From Eledone cirrhosa (taxonomy: Eukaryota), in assembly GCA_964016885.1 (NCBI GenBank), contig CAXHJY010000096.1, positions 310,001 to 374,000 on the forward strand: DNA of 64,000 nt, read 5' to 3'. Of this stretch, positions 1-14,120 are shown one piece after another. Both the position numbers and the translations under genes were made by a program. Within the stretch, counting starts at the first letter, position 1; every line of letters begins with the position of its first letter. The notes under the pieces were generated by a model that was given only the letters and a program-made list of their open reading frames with translations, made no database searches and had not been told where the DNA came from.

Positions 1-3000
1 TTTGTAAAAAAAAATCAGGGGGAGATAATTTGTAAAAAAAAATCAGGGGGAGATAATTTGTAAAAAAAATCAAGGGGAGATAATTTCCAGCCGTCCAAGG
101 GAAGATAATTTCCAGCCGTCCAAGGGAAGATAATTTCCAGCCCTCCAAGGGGCTATAATTTCCAGCGTCCAAGGGGAGATAATTTTTTTTTTTTAAATCA
201 GGGGGAGATAATTTGTAAAAAAAATCAGGGGGAGATAATTTGTAAAAAAAATCAAGGGGAGATAATTTCCAGCCGTCCAAAGAGAGATAATTTCTAGCCG
301 TCCAAGGGGAGATAATTTCCAGCCAAGGGGAGATAATTTCCAGCCGTCCAAGGGGAGATAATTTTTAAAAAAATCAGGTGGAGATAATTTGTAAAAATAA
401 TCAGGGGAAGATAATTTGTAAAAACAAAATCAAGGGCAGATAATTTCCGGCCGTCCAAGGGGAGATAATTTCCAGCAGTGCAAGGGGAGATAATTTCCAG
501 CCGTCCAAGGGGAGATAATTTCCAACCTTCCAAGGGGAGATAATTTCCAGCCGTCCAAGGATAGATAATTTCCCGCCAGCCAAGGAGAGATAATATTTAA
601 AAAAATCAGGCGGAGATAATTTGTAAAAAAAATCAGGGGGAGATAATTTGTAAAAAAAATCAGGGGGAGATAATTTGTAAAAAAAAATCAGGGGTAGATA
701 ATTTGTAAAAAAAAATCAGGGGGAGATAATTTGTAAAAAAAAAATCAGGGGGAGATAATTTGTAAAAAAATCAAGGGGAGATAATTTCCAGCCGTCCAAG
801 GGGAGATAATTTTCAGCCGTCCAAGGAGAGGTAATTTCTAGCCGTCCAAGGGGAGATAATTTCCAGCCGTCCAAAGGGAGATAATTTTAAAAAAAAAATC
901 AGGCGGAGATAATTTGTAAACAAAAATCAGGGGGAGATAATTTGTAAAAAGAAATCAGGGGGAGATAACTTGTAAAAAAAAATCAGGGGGAGATAATTTG
1001 TAAAAGAAATCAAGGGGAGATAATTTCCAGCCGTCCAAGGGGAGGTAATATCTAGCCATCCAAGGGGAGATAATTTCCAGCCGTCCAAGGGGAGATAATT
1101 TCCAGCCGTCCAAGGGGAGATAATTTCCAGCCGTCCAAGGAGACATATTTTCCAGCCGTCCAAGGAGAGGTAATTTCTAGCCGTCCAAGGGGAGATAAAT
1201 TCCAGCCTCCAAGGGGAGATAATTTCCAGCCAGCCAAGGGGAGATAATTTGTAAAAAAATCAGGGGGAGATAATTTGTAAAAAAAATCAGGGGGAGATAA
1301 TTTGTAAAAAAAAATCAGGGGGAGATAATTTGTAAAAAAAAATCAGGGGGAGATAATTTGTAAAAAAAATCAAGGGGAGATAATTTCCAGACGTCCAAGG
1401 GGAGATAATTTTCAGCCGTCCAAGGAGAGGTAATTTCTAGCCGTCCAAGGAGAGATAATTTCCAGCCGTCCAAGGGGAGATAATTTCCAGCCGTCCAAGG
1501 GGAGATAATTTTTTAAAAAAAATCAGGCGGAGATAAGTTGTAAAAAAAAATCAGGGGGAGATAATTTGTAAAAAAAAATCAGGGGGAGATAATTTGTAAA
1601 AAAAAATCAGGGGGAGATAATTTGTAAAAAAAATCAAGGGGAGATAATTTCCAGCCGTCCAAGGGAAGATAATTTCCAGCCGTCCAAGGGGAGATAATTT
1701 CTAGCCGTCCAAGGGGAGATAATTTTAAAAAAAAAATCAGGCGGAGATAAGTTGTAAAAAAAATCAGGGGGAGATAATTTGTAAAAAAAAATCAGGGGGA
1801 GATAATTTGTAAAAAAATCAAGGGGAGATAATTTCCAGCCGTCCAAGGGGAGATAATTTTCAGCCGTCCAAGGAGAAGTAATTTCTAGCCGTCCAAGGGG
1901 AGATAATTTCCAGCCGTCCAAGGGGAGATAATTTCCAGCCGTCTAAGGGGAGATAATTTTTTAAAAAAAATCAGGCGGAGATAATTTGTAAACAAAAATC
2001 AGGGGGAGATAATTTGTAAAAAAAAATCAGGGGGAGATAATTTGTAAAAAAAAATCAGGGGGAGATAATTTGTAAAAAAAATCAAGGGGAGATAATTTCC
2101 AGCCGTCCAAGGGGAGGTAATATCTAGCCATCCAAGGGGAGATAATTTCCAGCCGTCCAAGGGGAGATAATTTCCAGCCGTCCAAGGGGAGATAATTTCC
2201 AGCCGTCCAAGGAGACATATTTTCCAGCCGTCCAAGGAGAGGTAATTTCTAGCCGTCCAAGGGGAGATAAATTCCAGCCTCCAAGGGGAGATTATTTCCA
2301 GCCAGCCAAGGGGAGATAATTTGTAAAAAAAATCAGAGGGAGATAATTTGCAAAAAAAAATCAGGGGGAGATAATTTGTAAAAAAAAATCAGGGGGAGAT
2401 AATTTGTAAAAAAAATCAGGGGGAGATAATTTGTAAAAAAAATCAAGGGGAGTTAATTTCCAGCCGTCCAAGGGGAGATAATTTTCAGCCGTCCAAGGAT
2501 AGGTAATTTCTAGCCGTCCAAGGAGAGATAATTTCCAGCCGTCCAAGGGGAGATAATTTCCAGCCGTCCAAGGGGAGATAATTTTTTAAAAAAAATCAGG
2601 CGGAGATAAGTTGTAAAAAAAAATCAGGGGGAGATAATTTGTAAAAAAAAATCAGGGGGAGATAATTTGTAAAAAAAATCAAGAGAAGATAATTTCCAGC
2701 CGTCCAAGGGAAGATAATTTCCAGCCCTCCAAGGGGCTATAATTTCCAGCGTCCAAGGGGAGATAATTTCCAGCCAGCGAAGGGGAGATAATATTTAAAA
2801 AAATCAGGCGGAGATAATTTGTAAAAAAAATCAGGGGGAGATAATTTGTAAAAAAAATCAGGGGGAGATAATTTGTAAAAAAAATCAGGGGGAGATAATT
2901 TGTAAAAAAAAATCAGGGGGAGATAATTTGTAAAAAAATCAAGGGGAGATAATTTCCAGCCGTCCAAGGGGAGATAATTTTCAGCCGTCCAAGGAGAGGT

Positions 3001-4399
3001 AATTTCTAGCCGTCCAAGGGGAGATAATTTCCAGCCGTCCAAGGGGAGATAATTTCCAGCCGTCCAAGGGGAGATAATTTCCAGCCGTCCAAGGAGACAT
3101 ATTTTCCAGCCGTCCAAGGAGAGGTAATTTCTAGCCGTCCAAGGGGAGATAAATTCCTGCCTCCAAGGGGAGATAATTTCCAGCCAGCCAAGGGGAGATA
3201 ATTTGTAAAAAAATCAGGGGGAGATAATTTGTAAAAAAAATCAGGGGGAGATAATTTGTAAAAAAAAATCAGGGGGAGATAATTTGTAAAAAAAAATCAG
3301 GGGAGATAATTTGTAAAAAAAATCAGGGGAAGATAATTTGTAAAAAAAATCAAGGGGAGATAATTTCCAGCCCTCCAAGGGGAGATAATTTTCAGCCGTC
3401 CAAGGATAGGTAATTTCTAGCCGTCCAAGGAGAGATAATTTCCAGCCGTCCAAGGGGAGATAATTTCCAGCCGTCCAAGGGGAGATGATTTTTTAAAAAA
3501 AATCAGGCGGAGATAAGTTGTAAAAAAAAATCAGGGGGAGATAATTTGTAAAAAAAAATCAGGGGGAGATAATTTGTAAAAAAAAATCAGGGGGAGATAA
3601 TTTGTAAAAAAAATCAAGGGGAGATAATTTCCAGCCGTCCAAGGGAAGATAATTTCCAGCCCTCCAAGGGGCTATAATTTCCAGCGTCCAAGGGGAGATA
3701 ATTTCCAGCCAGCGAAGGGGAGATAATTTTTTTAAAAAAATCACTGGGATATTTGTAAAAAAAATCAGGGGGAGATAATTTGTAAAAAAAATCAAGGGGA
3801 GATAATTTCCAGCCGTCCAAAGAGAGATAATTTCTAGCCGTCCAAGGGGAGATAATTTCCAGCCTTCCAAGGGGAGATAATTTTTTAAAAAATCAGGTGG
3901 AGATAATTTGTAAAAAAAATCAGTGGAAGATAATTTGTAAAAACAAAATCAAGGGCAGATAATTTCCAGCCGTCCAAGGGGAGATAATTTCCCGCCAGCC
4001 AAGGGAAGATAATATTTCAAAAAATCAGGCGGAGATAATTTGTAAAAAAAATCAGGGGGAGATAATTTGTAAAAAAATCAGGGGGAGATAATTTGTAAAA
4101 GAAAAATCAGGGGGAGATAATTTGTAAAAAAAATCAGGGGGAGATAATTTGTAAAAAAAATCAGGGGTAGATAATTTGTAAAAAAAAATCAGGGGGAGAT
4201 AATTTGTAAAAAAAAATCAGGGGGAGATAATTTGTAAAAAAAATCAAGGGGAGATAATTTGCAGCCGTCCAAGGGGAGATAATTTTCAGCCGTCCAAGGA
4301 GAGATAATTTCTAGCCGTCCAAGGGGAGATAATTTCCAGCCGTCCAAGGGGAGATAATTTCCAGCCGTCCAAGGGGAGATAATTTTTTTTAAAAAATCA

Positions 4400-7300
4400 A
4401 GCGGAGATAATTTGTAAAAAAAAAATCAGGGGGAGATAATTTGTAAAAAAAAATCAGGGGGAGATAATTTGTAAAAAAAAATCAGGGGGAGATAATTTGT
4501 AAAAAAAATCAAGGGGAGATAATTTCCAGCCGTCCAAGGGAAGATAATTTCCAGCCGTCCAAGGGAAGATAATTTCCAGCCCTCCAAGGGGCTATAATTT
4601 CCAGCGTCCAAGGGGAGATAATTTCCAGCCAGCGAAGGGGAGATAATTTTTTTTTTAAAAATCAGGGGGAGATAATTTGTAAAAAAAATCAGGGGGAGAT
4701 AATTTACATCCTTCCAAGGGGAGATAATTTCCAGCCGTCCAAGGGGAGATAATTTCCCGCCAGCCAAGGGAAGATAATTTTTAAAAAAATCAGGGGGAGA
4801 TAATTTGTAAAAAAAAAATCAGGGGGAGATAATTTGTAAAAAAAAATCAAGGGGAGATAATTTGTAAAAAAAATCAGGGGGAGATAATTTGTAAAAAAAA
4901 TCAGGGGGAGATAATTTGTAAAAAAATCAGGGGGAGATAATTTGTAAAAAAAAAATCAGGGGGAGATAATTTGTAAAAAAAAATCAAGGGGAGATAATTT
5001 GTAAAAAAAAATCAGGGGGAGATAATTTGTAAAAAAAATCAGGGGGAGATAATTTGTAAAAAAAATCAGGGGGAGATAATTTGTAAAAAAAAATCAGGGG
5101 GAGATAATTTGTAAAAAAAAATCAGGGGGAGATAATTTGTAAAAAAAATCAGGGGGAGATAATTTGTAAAAAAAATCAGTGGGAGATAATTTGTAAAAAA
5201 AATCAAGGGGAGATAATTTGCAGCCGTCCAAGGGGAGATAATTTTCAGCCGTCCAAGGAGAGGTAATTTCTAGCCGTCCAAGGGGAGATAATTTCCAGCC
5301 GTCCAAGGGGAGATAATTTTTTTTTAAAAATCAAGCGGAGATAATTTGTAAAAAAAAAATCAGGGGGAGATAATTTGTAAAAAAAAATCAGGGGGAGATA
5401 ATTTGTAAAAAAAAATCAGGGGGAGATAATTTGTAAAAAAAATCAAGGGGAGATAATTTCCAGCCGTCCAAGGGAAGATAATTTCCAGCCGTCCAAGGGA
5501 AGATAATTTCCAGCCCTCCAAGGGGCTATAATTTCCAGCGTCCAAGGGGAGATAATTTCCAGCCAGCGAAGGGGAGATAATTTTTTTTTTAAAAATCAGG
5601 GGGAGATAATTTGTAAAAAAAATCAGGGGGAGATAATTTGTAAAAAAAAATCAGGGGGAGATAATTTGTAAAAAAAAATCAGGGGGAGATAATTTGTAAA
5701 AAAAATCAAGGGGAGATAATTTCCAGCCGTGCAAGGGGAGATAATTTCCAGCCGTCCAAGGGGAGATAATTTACATCCTTCCAAGGGGAGATAATTTCCA
5801 GCCGTCCAAGGGGAGATAATTTCCCGCCAGCCAAGGGAAGATAATTTTTAAAAAAATCAGGGGGAGATAATTTGTAAAAAAAAAATCAGGGGGAGATAAT
5901 TTGTAAAAAAAAATCAAGGGGAGATAATTTGTAAAAAAAATCAGGGGGAGATAATTTGTAAAAAAAATCAGGGGGAGATAATTTGTAAAAAAATCAGGGG
6001 GAGATAATTTGTAAAAAAAAATCAGGGGGAGATAATTTGTAAAAAAAAATCAAGGGGAGATAATTTGTAAAAAAAAATCAGGGGGAGATAATTTGTAAAA
6101 AAAAATCAGGGGGAGATAATTTGTAAAAAAAATCAAGGGGAGATAATTTGCAGCCGTCGAAGGGGAGATAATTTTCAGCCGTCCAAGGAGAGATAATTTC
6201 TAGCCGTCCAAGGGGAGATAATTTCCAGCCGTCCAAGGGGAGATAATTTCCAGCCGTCCAAGGGGAGATAATTTTTTTTAAAAAATCAAGCGGAGATAAT
6301 TTGTAAAAAAAAAATCAGGGGGAGATAATTTGTAAAAAAAAATCAGGGGGAGATAATTTGTAAAAAAAAATCAGGGGGAGATAATTTGTAAAAAAAATCA
6401 AGGGGAGATAATTTCCAGCCGTCCAAGGGAAGATAATTTCCAGCCGTCCAAGGGAAGATAATTTCCAGCCATCCAAGGGGCTATAATTTCCAGCGTCCAA
6501 GGGGAGATAATTTCCAGCCAGCGAAGGGGAGATAATTTTTTTTTATAAAATCAGGGGGAGATAATTTGTAAAAAAAATCAGGGGGAGATAATTTGTAAAA
6601 AAAAATCAGGGGGAGATAATTTGTAAAAAAAAATCAGCGGGAGATAATTTGTAAAAAAAATCAAGGGGAGATAATTTCCAGCCGTGCAAGGGGAGATAAT
6701 TTCCAGCCGTCCAAGGGGAGATAATTTACATCCTTCCAAGGGGAGATAATTTCCAGCCGTCCAAGGGGAGATAATTTCCCGCCAGCCAAGGGAAGATAAT
6801 TTTTAAAAAAATCAGGGGGAGATAATTTGTAAAAAAAAAATCAGGGGGAGATAATTTGTAAAAAAAAATCAAGGGGAGATAATTTGTAAAAAAAATCAGG
6901 GGGAGATAATTTGTAAAAAAAATCAGGGGGAGATAATTTGTAAAAAAATCAGGGGGAGATAATTTGTAAAAAAAAAATCAGGGGGAGATAATTTGTAAAA
7001 AAAAATCAAGGGGAGATAATTTGTAAAAAAAAATCAGGGGGAGATAATTTGTAAAAAAAATCAGGGGGAGATAATTTGTAAAAAAAAACAGGGGGAGATA
7101 ATTTGTAAAAAAAAATCAGGGGGAGATAATTTGTAAAAAAAAATCAGGGGGAGATAATTTGTAAAAAAAATCAGGGGGAGATAATTTGTAAAAAAAATCA
7201 GGGGGAGATAATTTGTAAAAAAAATCAAGGGGAGATAATTTGCAGCCGTCCAAGGGGAGATAATTTTCAGCCGTCCAAGGAGAGGTAATTTCTAGCCGTC

Positions 7301-10300
7301 CAAGGGGAGATAATTTCCAGCCGTCCAAGGGGAGATAATTTCCAGCCGTCCAAGGGGAGATAATTTTTTTTTAAAAATCAGGCGGAGATAATTTGTAAAA
7401 AAAAAAATCAGGGGGAGATAATTTGTAAAAAAAAATCAGGGGGAGATAATTTGTAAAAAAAAATCAGGGGGAGATAATTTGTAAAAAAAATCAAGGGGAG
7501 ATAATTTCCAGCCGTCCAAGGGAAGATAATTTCCAGCCCTCCAAGGGGCTATAATTTCCAGCGTCCAAGGGGAGATAATTTCCAGCCAGCGAAGGGGAGA
7601 TAATTTTTTTTTTTAAAATCATGCGGGGATAATTTGTAAAAAAAATCAGGGGGAGATAATTTGTAAAAAAAATCAAGGGGAGATAATTTCCAGCCGTCCA
7701 AAGAGAGATAATTTCTAGCCGTCCAAGGGGAGATAATTTCCAGCCGTCCAAGGGGAGATAATTTCCCGCCAGCCAAGGGAAGATAATTTTTTAAAAAATC
7801 AGGCGGAGATTGTAAAAAAAATCAGGGGGAGATAATTTGTAAAAAAATCAGGGGGAGATAATTTGTAAAAAAAAAATCAGGGGGAGATAATTTGTAAAAA
7901 AAAATCAGAGGGAGATAATTTGTAAAAAAAAATCAGGGGGAGATAATTTGTAAAAAAAATCAGGGGTAGATAATTTGTAAAAAAAATCAGGGGGAGATAA
8001 TTTGTAAAAAAAAATCAGGGGGAGATAATTTGTAAAAAAAATCAAGGGGAGATAATTTCCAGCCGTCCAAGGGAAGATAATTTCCAGCCGTCCAAGGGAA
8101 GATAATTTCCAGCCCTCCAAGGGGCTATAATTTCCAGCGTCCAAGGGGAGATAATTTCCAGCCAGCGAAGGGGAGATAATTTTTTTTTTAAAAATCATGC
8201 GGGGATAATTTGTAAAAAAAATCAGGGGGAGATAATTTGTAAAAAAAATCAAGGGGAGATAATTTCCAGCCGTCCAAAGAGAGATAATTTCTAGCCGTCC
8301 AAGGGGAGATAATTTCCAGCCGTCCAAGGGGAGATAATTTCCCGCCAGCCAAAGGAAGATAATTTTTTAAAAAATCAGGCGGAGATTGTAAAAAAAATCA
8401 GGGGGAGATAATTTGTAAAAAAAATCAGGGGGAGATAATTTGTAAAAAAAATCAGGGGGAGATAATTTGTAAAAAAAATCAGGGGGAGATAATTTGTAAA
8501 AAAAAATCAGGGGGAGATAATTTGTAAAAAAAATCAGGGGGAGATAATTTGTAAAAAAAATCAGGGGGAGATAATTTGTAAAAAAAATCAAGGGGAGATA
8601 ATTTGCAGCCGTCCAAGGGGAGATAATTTTCAGCCGTCCAAGGAGAGGTAATTTCTAGCCGTCCAAGGGTAGATAATTTCCAGCCGTCCAAGGGGAGATA
8701 ATTTCCAGCCGTCCAAGGGGAGATAATTTTTTTAAAAAAATCAGGCGGAGATAATTTGTAAAAAAAAAATCAGGGGGAGATAATTTGTAAAAAAAAATCA
8801 GTGGGAGATAATTTGTAAAAAAAAATCAGGGGGAGATAATTTGTAAAAAAAAATCAGGGGGAGATAATTTGTAAAAAAATCAAGGGGAGATAATTTCCAG
8901 CCGGCCAAGGGGAGATAATTTTCAGCCGTCCAAGGAGAGGTAATTTCTAGCCGTCCAAGGGGAGATAATTTCCAGCCGTCCAAGGGGAGATAATTTCCAG
9001 CCGTCCAAGGGGAGATAATTTCCAGCCGTCCAAGGAGACATATTTTCCAGCCGTCCAAGGAGAGGTAATTTCTAGCCGTCCAAGGGGAGATAAATTCCTG
9101 CCTCCAAGGGGAGATAATTTCCAGCCAGCCAAGGGGAGATAATTTGTAAAAAAATCAGGGGGAGATAATTTGTAAAAAAAATCAGGGGGAGATAATTTGT
9201 AAAAAAAAATCAGGGGGAGATAATTTGTAAAAAAAAATCAGGGGAGATAATTTGTAAAAAAAATCAGGGGAAGATAATTTGTAAAAAAAATCAAGGGGAG
9301 ATAATTTCCAGCCGTCCAAGGGGAGATAATTTTCAGCCGTCCAAGGAGAGGTAATTTCTAGCCGTCCAAGGAGAGATAATTTCCAGCCGTCCAAGGGGAG
9401 ATAATTTCCAGCCGTTCAAGGGGAGATGATTTTTTAAAAAAAATCAGGCGGAGATAAGTTGTAAAAAAAAATCAGGGGGAGATAATTTGTAAAAAAAAAT
9501 CAGGGGGAGATAATTTGTAAAAAAAAATCAGGGGGAGATAATTTGTAAAAAAAATCAAGGGGAGATAATTTCCAGCCGTCCAAGGGAAGATAATTTCCAG
9601 CCCTCCAAGGGGCTATAATTTCCAGCGTCCAAGGGGAGATAATTTCCAGCCAGCGAAGGGGAGATAATTTTTTTTTTAAAAATCAGGGGGAGATAATTTG
9701 TAAAAAAAATCAGGGGGAGATAATTTGTAAAAAAAAATCAGGGGGAGATAATTTGTAAAAAAAAATCAGGGGGAGATAATTTGTAAAAAAAATCAAGGGG
9801 AGATAATTTCCAGCCGTGCAAGGGGAGATAATTTCCAGCCGTCCAAGGGGAGATAATTTACATCCTTCCAAGGGGAGATAATTTCCCGCCAGCCAAGGGA
9901 AGATAATTTTTAAAAAAATCAGGGGGAGATAATTTGTAAAAAAAAAATCAGGGGGAGATAATTTGTAAAAAAAAATCAAGGGGAGATAATTTGTAAAAAA
10001 AATCAGGGGGAGATAATTTGTAAAAAAAAAATCAGGGGGAGATAATTTGTAAAAAAAAATCAAGGGGAGATAATTTGTAAAAAAAATCAGGGGGAGATAA
10101 TTTGTAAAAAAAATCAGGGGGAGATAATTTGTAAAAAAAAATCAAGGGGAGATAATTTGTAAAAAAAAATCAGGGGGAGATAATTTGTAAAAAAAAATCA
10201 GGGGGAGATAATTTGTAAAAAAAATCAAGGGGAGATAATTTGCAGCCGTCCAAGGGGAGATAATTTTCAGCCGTCCAAGGAGAGATAATTTCTAGCCGTC

Positions 10301-13300
10301 CAAGGGGAGATAATTTCCAGCCGTCCAAGGGGAGATAATTTCCAGCCGTCCAAGGGGAGATAATTTTTTTTAAAAAATCAAGCGGAGATAATTTGTAAAA
10401 AAAAAATCAGGGGGAGATAATTTGTAAAAAAAAATCAGGGGGAGATAATTTTTAAAAAAAAATCAGGGGGAGATAATTTGTAAAAAAATCAAGGGGAGAT
10501 AATTTCCAGCCGTCCAAGGGAAGATAATTTCCAGCCGTCCAAGGGAAGATAATTTCCAGCCCTCCAAGGGGCTATAATTTCCAGCGTCCAAGGGGAGATA
10601 ATTTCCAGCCAGCGAAGGGGAGATAATTTTTTTTTTTAAATCAGGGGGAGATAATTTGTAAAAAAAATCAGGGGGAGATAATTTGTAAAAAAAAATCAGG
10701 GGGAGATAATTTGTAAAAAAAAATCAGGGGGAGATAATTTGTAAAAAAAATCAAGGGGAGATAATTTCCAGCCGTGCAAGGGGAGATAATTTCCAACCGT
10801 CCAAGGGGAGATAATTTACATCCTTCCAAGGGGAGATAATTTCCAGCCGTCCAAGGGGAGATAATTTCCCGCCAGCCAAGGGAAGATAATTTTTAAAAAA
10901 ATCAGGGGGAGATAATTTGTAAAAAAAAAATCAGGGGAGATAATTTGTAAAAAAAAATCAAGGGGAGATAATTTGTAAAAAAAATCAGGGGGAGATAATT
11001 TGTAAAAAAAATCAGGGGGAGATAATTTGTAAAAAAATCAGGGGGAGATAATTTGTAAAAAAAAAATCAGGGGGAGATAATTTGTAAAAAAAAATCAAGG
11101 GGAGATAATTTGTAAAAAAAAATCAGGGGGAGATAATTTGTAAAAAAAATCAGGGGGAGATAATTTGTAAAAAAAAATCAGGGGGAGATAATTTGTAAAA
11201 AAAAATCAGGGGGAGATAATTTGTAAAAAAAATCAGGGGCAGATAATTTGTAAAAAAAATCAGGGGGAGATAATTTGTAAAAAAAATCAAGGGGAGATAA
11301 TTTGCAGCCGTCCAAGGGGAGATAATTTTCAGCCGTCCAAGGAGAGGTAATTTCTAGCCGTCCAAGGGGAGATAATTTCCAGCCGTCCAAGGGGAGATAA
11401 TTTCCAGCCGTCCAAGGGGAGATAATTTTTTTTTAAAAATCAGGCGGAGATAATTTGTAAAAAAAAAAATCAGGGGGAGATAATTTGTAAAAAAAAATCA
11501 GGGGGAGATAATTTGTAAAAAAAAATCAGGGGGAGATAATTTGTAAAAAAAATCAAGGGGAGATAATTTCCAGCCGTCCAAGGGAAGATAATTTCCAGCC
11601 CTCCAAGGGGCTATAATTTCCAGCGTCCAAGGGGAGATAATTTCCAGCCAGCGAAGGGCAGATAATTTTTTTTTAAAAAATCATGCGGGGATAATTTGTA
11701 AAAAAAATCAGGGGGAGATAATTTGTAAAAAAAAATCAAGGGGAGATAATTTCCAGCCGTCCAAAGAGAGATAATTTCTAGCCGTCCAAGGGGAGATAAT
11801 TTCCAGCCGTCCAAGGGGAGATAATTTCCCGCCAGCCAAGGGAAGATAATTTTTTAAAAAATCAGGCGGAGATTGTAAAAAAAATCAGGGGGAGATAATT
11901 TGTAAAAAAATCAGGGGGAGATAATTTGTAAAAAAAAAATCAGGGGGAGATAATTTGTAAAAAAAAATCAGAGGGAGATAATTTGTAAAAAAAAATCAGG
12001 GGGAGATAATTTGTAAAAAAAATCAGGGGTAGATAATTTGTAAAAAAAATCAGGGGGAGATAATTTGTAAAAAAAAATCAGGGGGAGATAATTTGTAAAA
12101 AAAATCAAGGGGAGATAATTTCCAGCCGTCCAAGGGAAGATAATTTCCAGCCGTCCAAGGGAAGATAATTTCCAGCCCTCCAAGGGGCTATAATTTCCAG
12201 CGTCCAAGGGGAGATAATTTCCAGCCAGCGAAGGGGAGATAATTTTTTTTTTAAAAATCAGGGGTAGATAATTTGTAAAAAAAATCAGGGGGAGATAATT
12301 TGTAAAAAAAAATCAGGGGGAGATAATTTGTAAAAAAAAATCAGGGGGAGATAATTTGTAAAAAAAATCAAGGGGAGATAATTTCCAGCCGTGCAAGGGG
12401 AGATAATTTCCAGCCGTCCAAGGGGAGATAATTTACATCCTTCCAAGGGGAGATAATTTCCAGCCGTCCAAGGGGAGATAATTTCCCGCCAGCCAAGGGA
12501 AGATAATTTTTAAAAAAATCAGGGGGAGATAATTTGTAAAAAAAAAATCAGGGGGAGATAATTTGTAAAAAAAAATCAAGGGGAGATAATTTGTAAAAAA
12601 AATCAGGGGGAGATAATTTGTAAAAAAAATCAGGGGGAGATAATTTGTAAAAAAATCAGGGGGAGATAATTTGTAAAAAAAAAATCAGGGGGAGATAATT
12701 TGTAAAAAATAATCAAGGGGAGATAATTTGTAAAAAAAAATCAGGGGGAGATAATTTGTAAAAAAAATCAGGGGGAGATAATTTGTAAAAAAAATCAGGG
12801 GGAGATAATTTGTAAAAAAAAATCTGGGGGAGATAATTTGTAAAAAAAAATCAGGGGGAGATAATTTGTAAAAAAAATCAGGGGGAGATAATTTGTAAAA
12901 AAAATCAGGGGGAGATAATTTGTAAAAAAAATCAAGGGGAGATAATTTGCAGCCGTCCAAGGGGAGATAATTTTCAGCCGTCCAAGGAGAGGTAATTTCT
13001 AGCCGTCCAAGGGGAGATAATTTCCAGCCGTCCAAGGGGAGATAATTTCCAGCCGTCCAAGGGGAGATAATTTTTTTTTAAAAATCAGGCGGAGATAATT
13101 TGTAAAAAAAAAAATCAGGGGGAGATAATTTGTAAAAAAAAATCAGGGGGAGATAATTTGTAAAAAAAAATCAGGGGGAGATAATTTGTAAAAAAAATTA
13201 AGGGGAGATAATTTTCAGCCGTCCAAGGGAAGATAATTTCCAGCCCTCCAAGGGGCTATAATTTCCAGCGTCCAAGGGGAGATAATTTCCAGCCAGCGAA

Positions 13301-14120
13301 GGGGAGATAATTTTTTTTTTTAAAATCATGCGGGGATAATTTGTAAAAAAAATCAGGGGGAGATAATTTGTAAAAAAAATCAAGGGGAGATAATTTCCAG
13401 CCGTCCAAAGAGAGATAATTTCTAGCCGTCCAAGGGGAGATAATTTCCAGCCGTCCAAGGGGAGATAATTTCCCGCCAGCCAAAGGAAGATAATTTTTTA
13501 AAAAATCAGGCGGAGATTGTAAAAAAAATCAGGGGGAGATAATTTGTAAAAAAAATCAGGGGGAGATAATTTGTAAAAAAAATCAGGGGGAGATAATTTG
13601 TAAAAAAAATCAGGGGGAGATAATTTGTAAAAAAAAATCAGGGGGAGATAATTTGTAAAAAAAATCAGGGGGAGATAATTTGTAAAAAAAATCAGGGGGA
13701 GATAATTTGTAAAAAAAATCAAGGGGAGATAATTTGCAGCCGTCCAAGGGGAGATAATTTTCAGCCGTCCAAGGAGAGGTAATTTCTAGCCGTCCAAGGC
13801 GAGATAATTTCCAGCCGTCCAAGGGGAGATAATTTCCAGCCGTCCAAGGGGAGATAATTTTTTTAAAAAAATCAGGCGGAGATAATTTGTAAAAAAAAAA
13901 TCAGGGGGAGATAATTTGTAAAAAAAAATCAGTGGGAGATAATTTGTAAAAAAAAATCAGGGGGAGATAATTTGTAAAAAAAATCAAGGGGAGATAATTT
14001 CCAGCCGTCCAAGGGAAGATAATTTCCAGCCCTCCAAGGGGCTATAATTTCCAGCGTCCAAGGGGAGATAATTTCCAGCCAGCGAAGGGGAGATAATTTT
14101 TTTTTAAAAAATCATGGGGG
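4400..14120 (+). repeat. A-monomer-rich sub-domain of the satellite with private variants
   Basis: Long A runs of ~13-17 units (~4771-5215, 6791-7240, 9901-10240, 10881-11303, 12501-12948). Private markers are TTTACATCCTTCC (~4703, 5770, 6725, 9857, 10815, 12432) and TCATGCGGGGAT (~7619, 8195, 11681, 13326). Boundaries are approximate. Confidence 0.8.
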
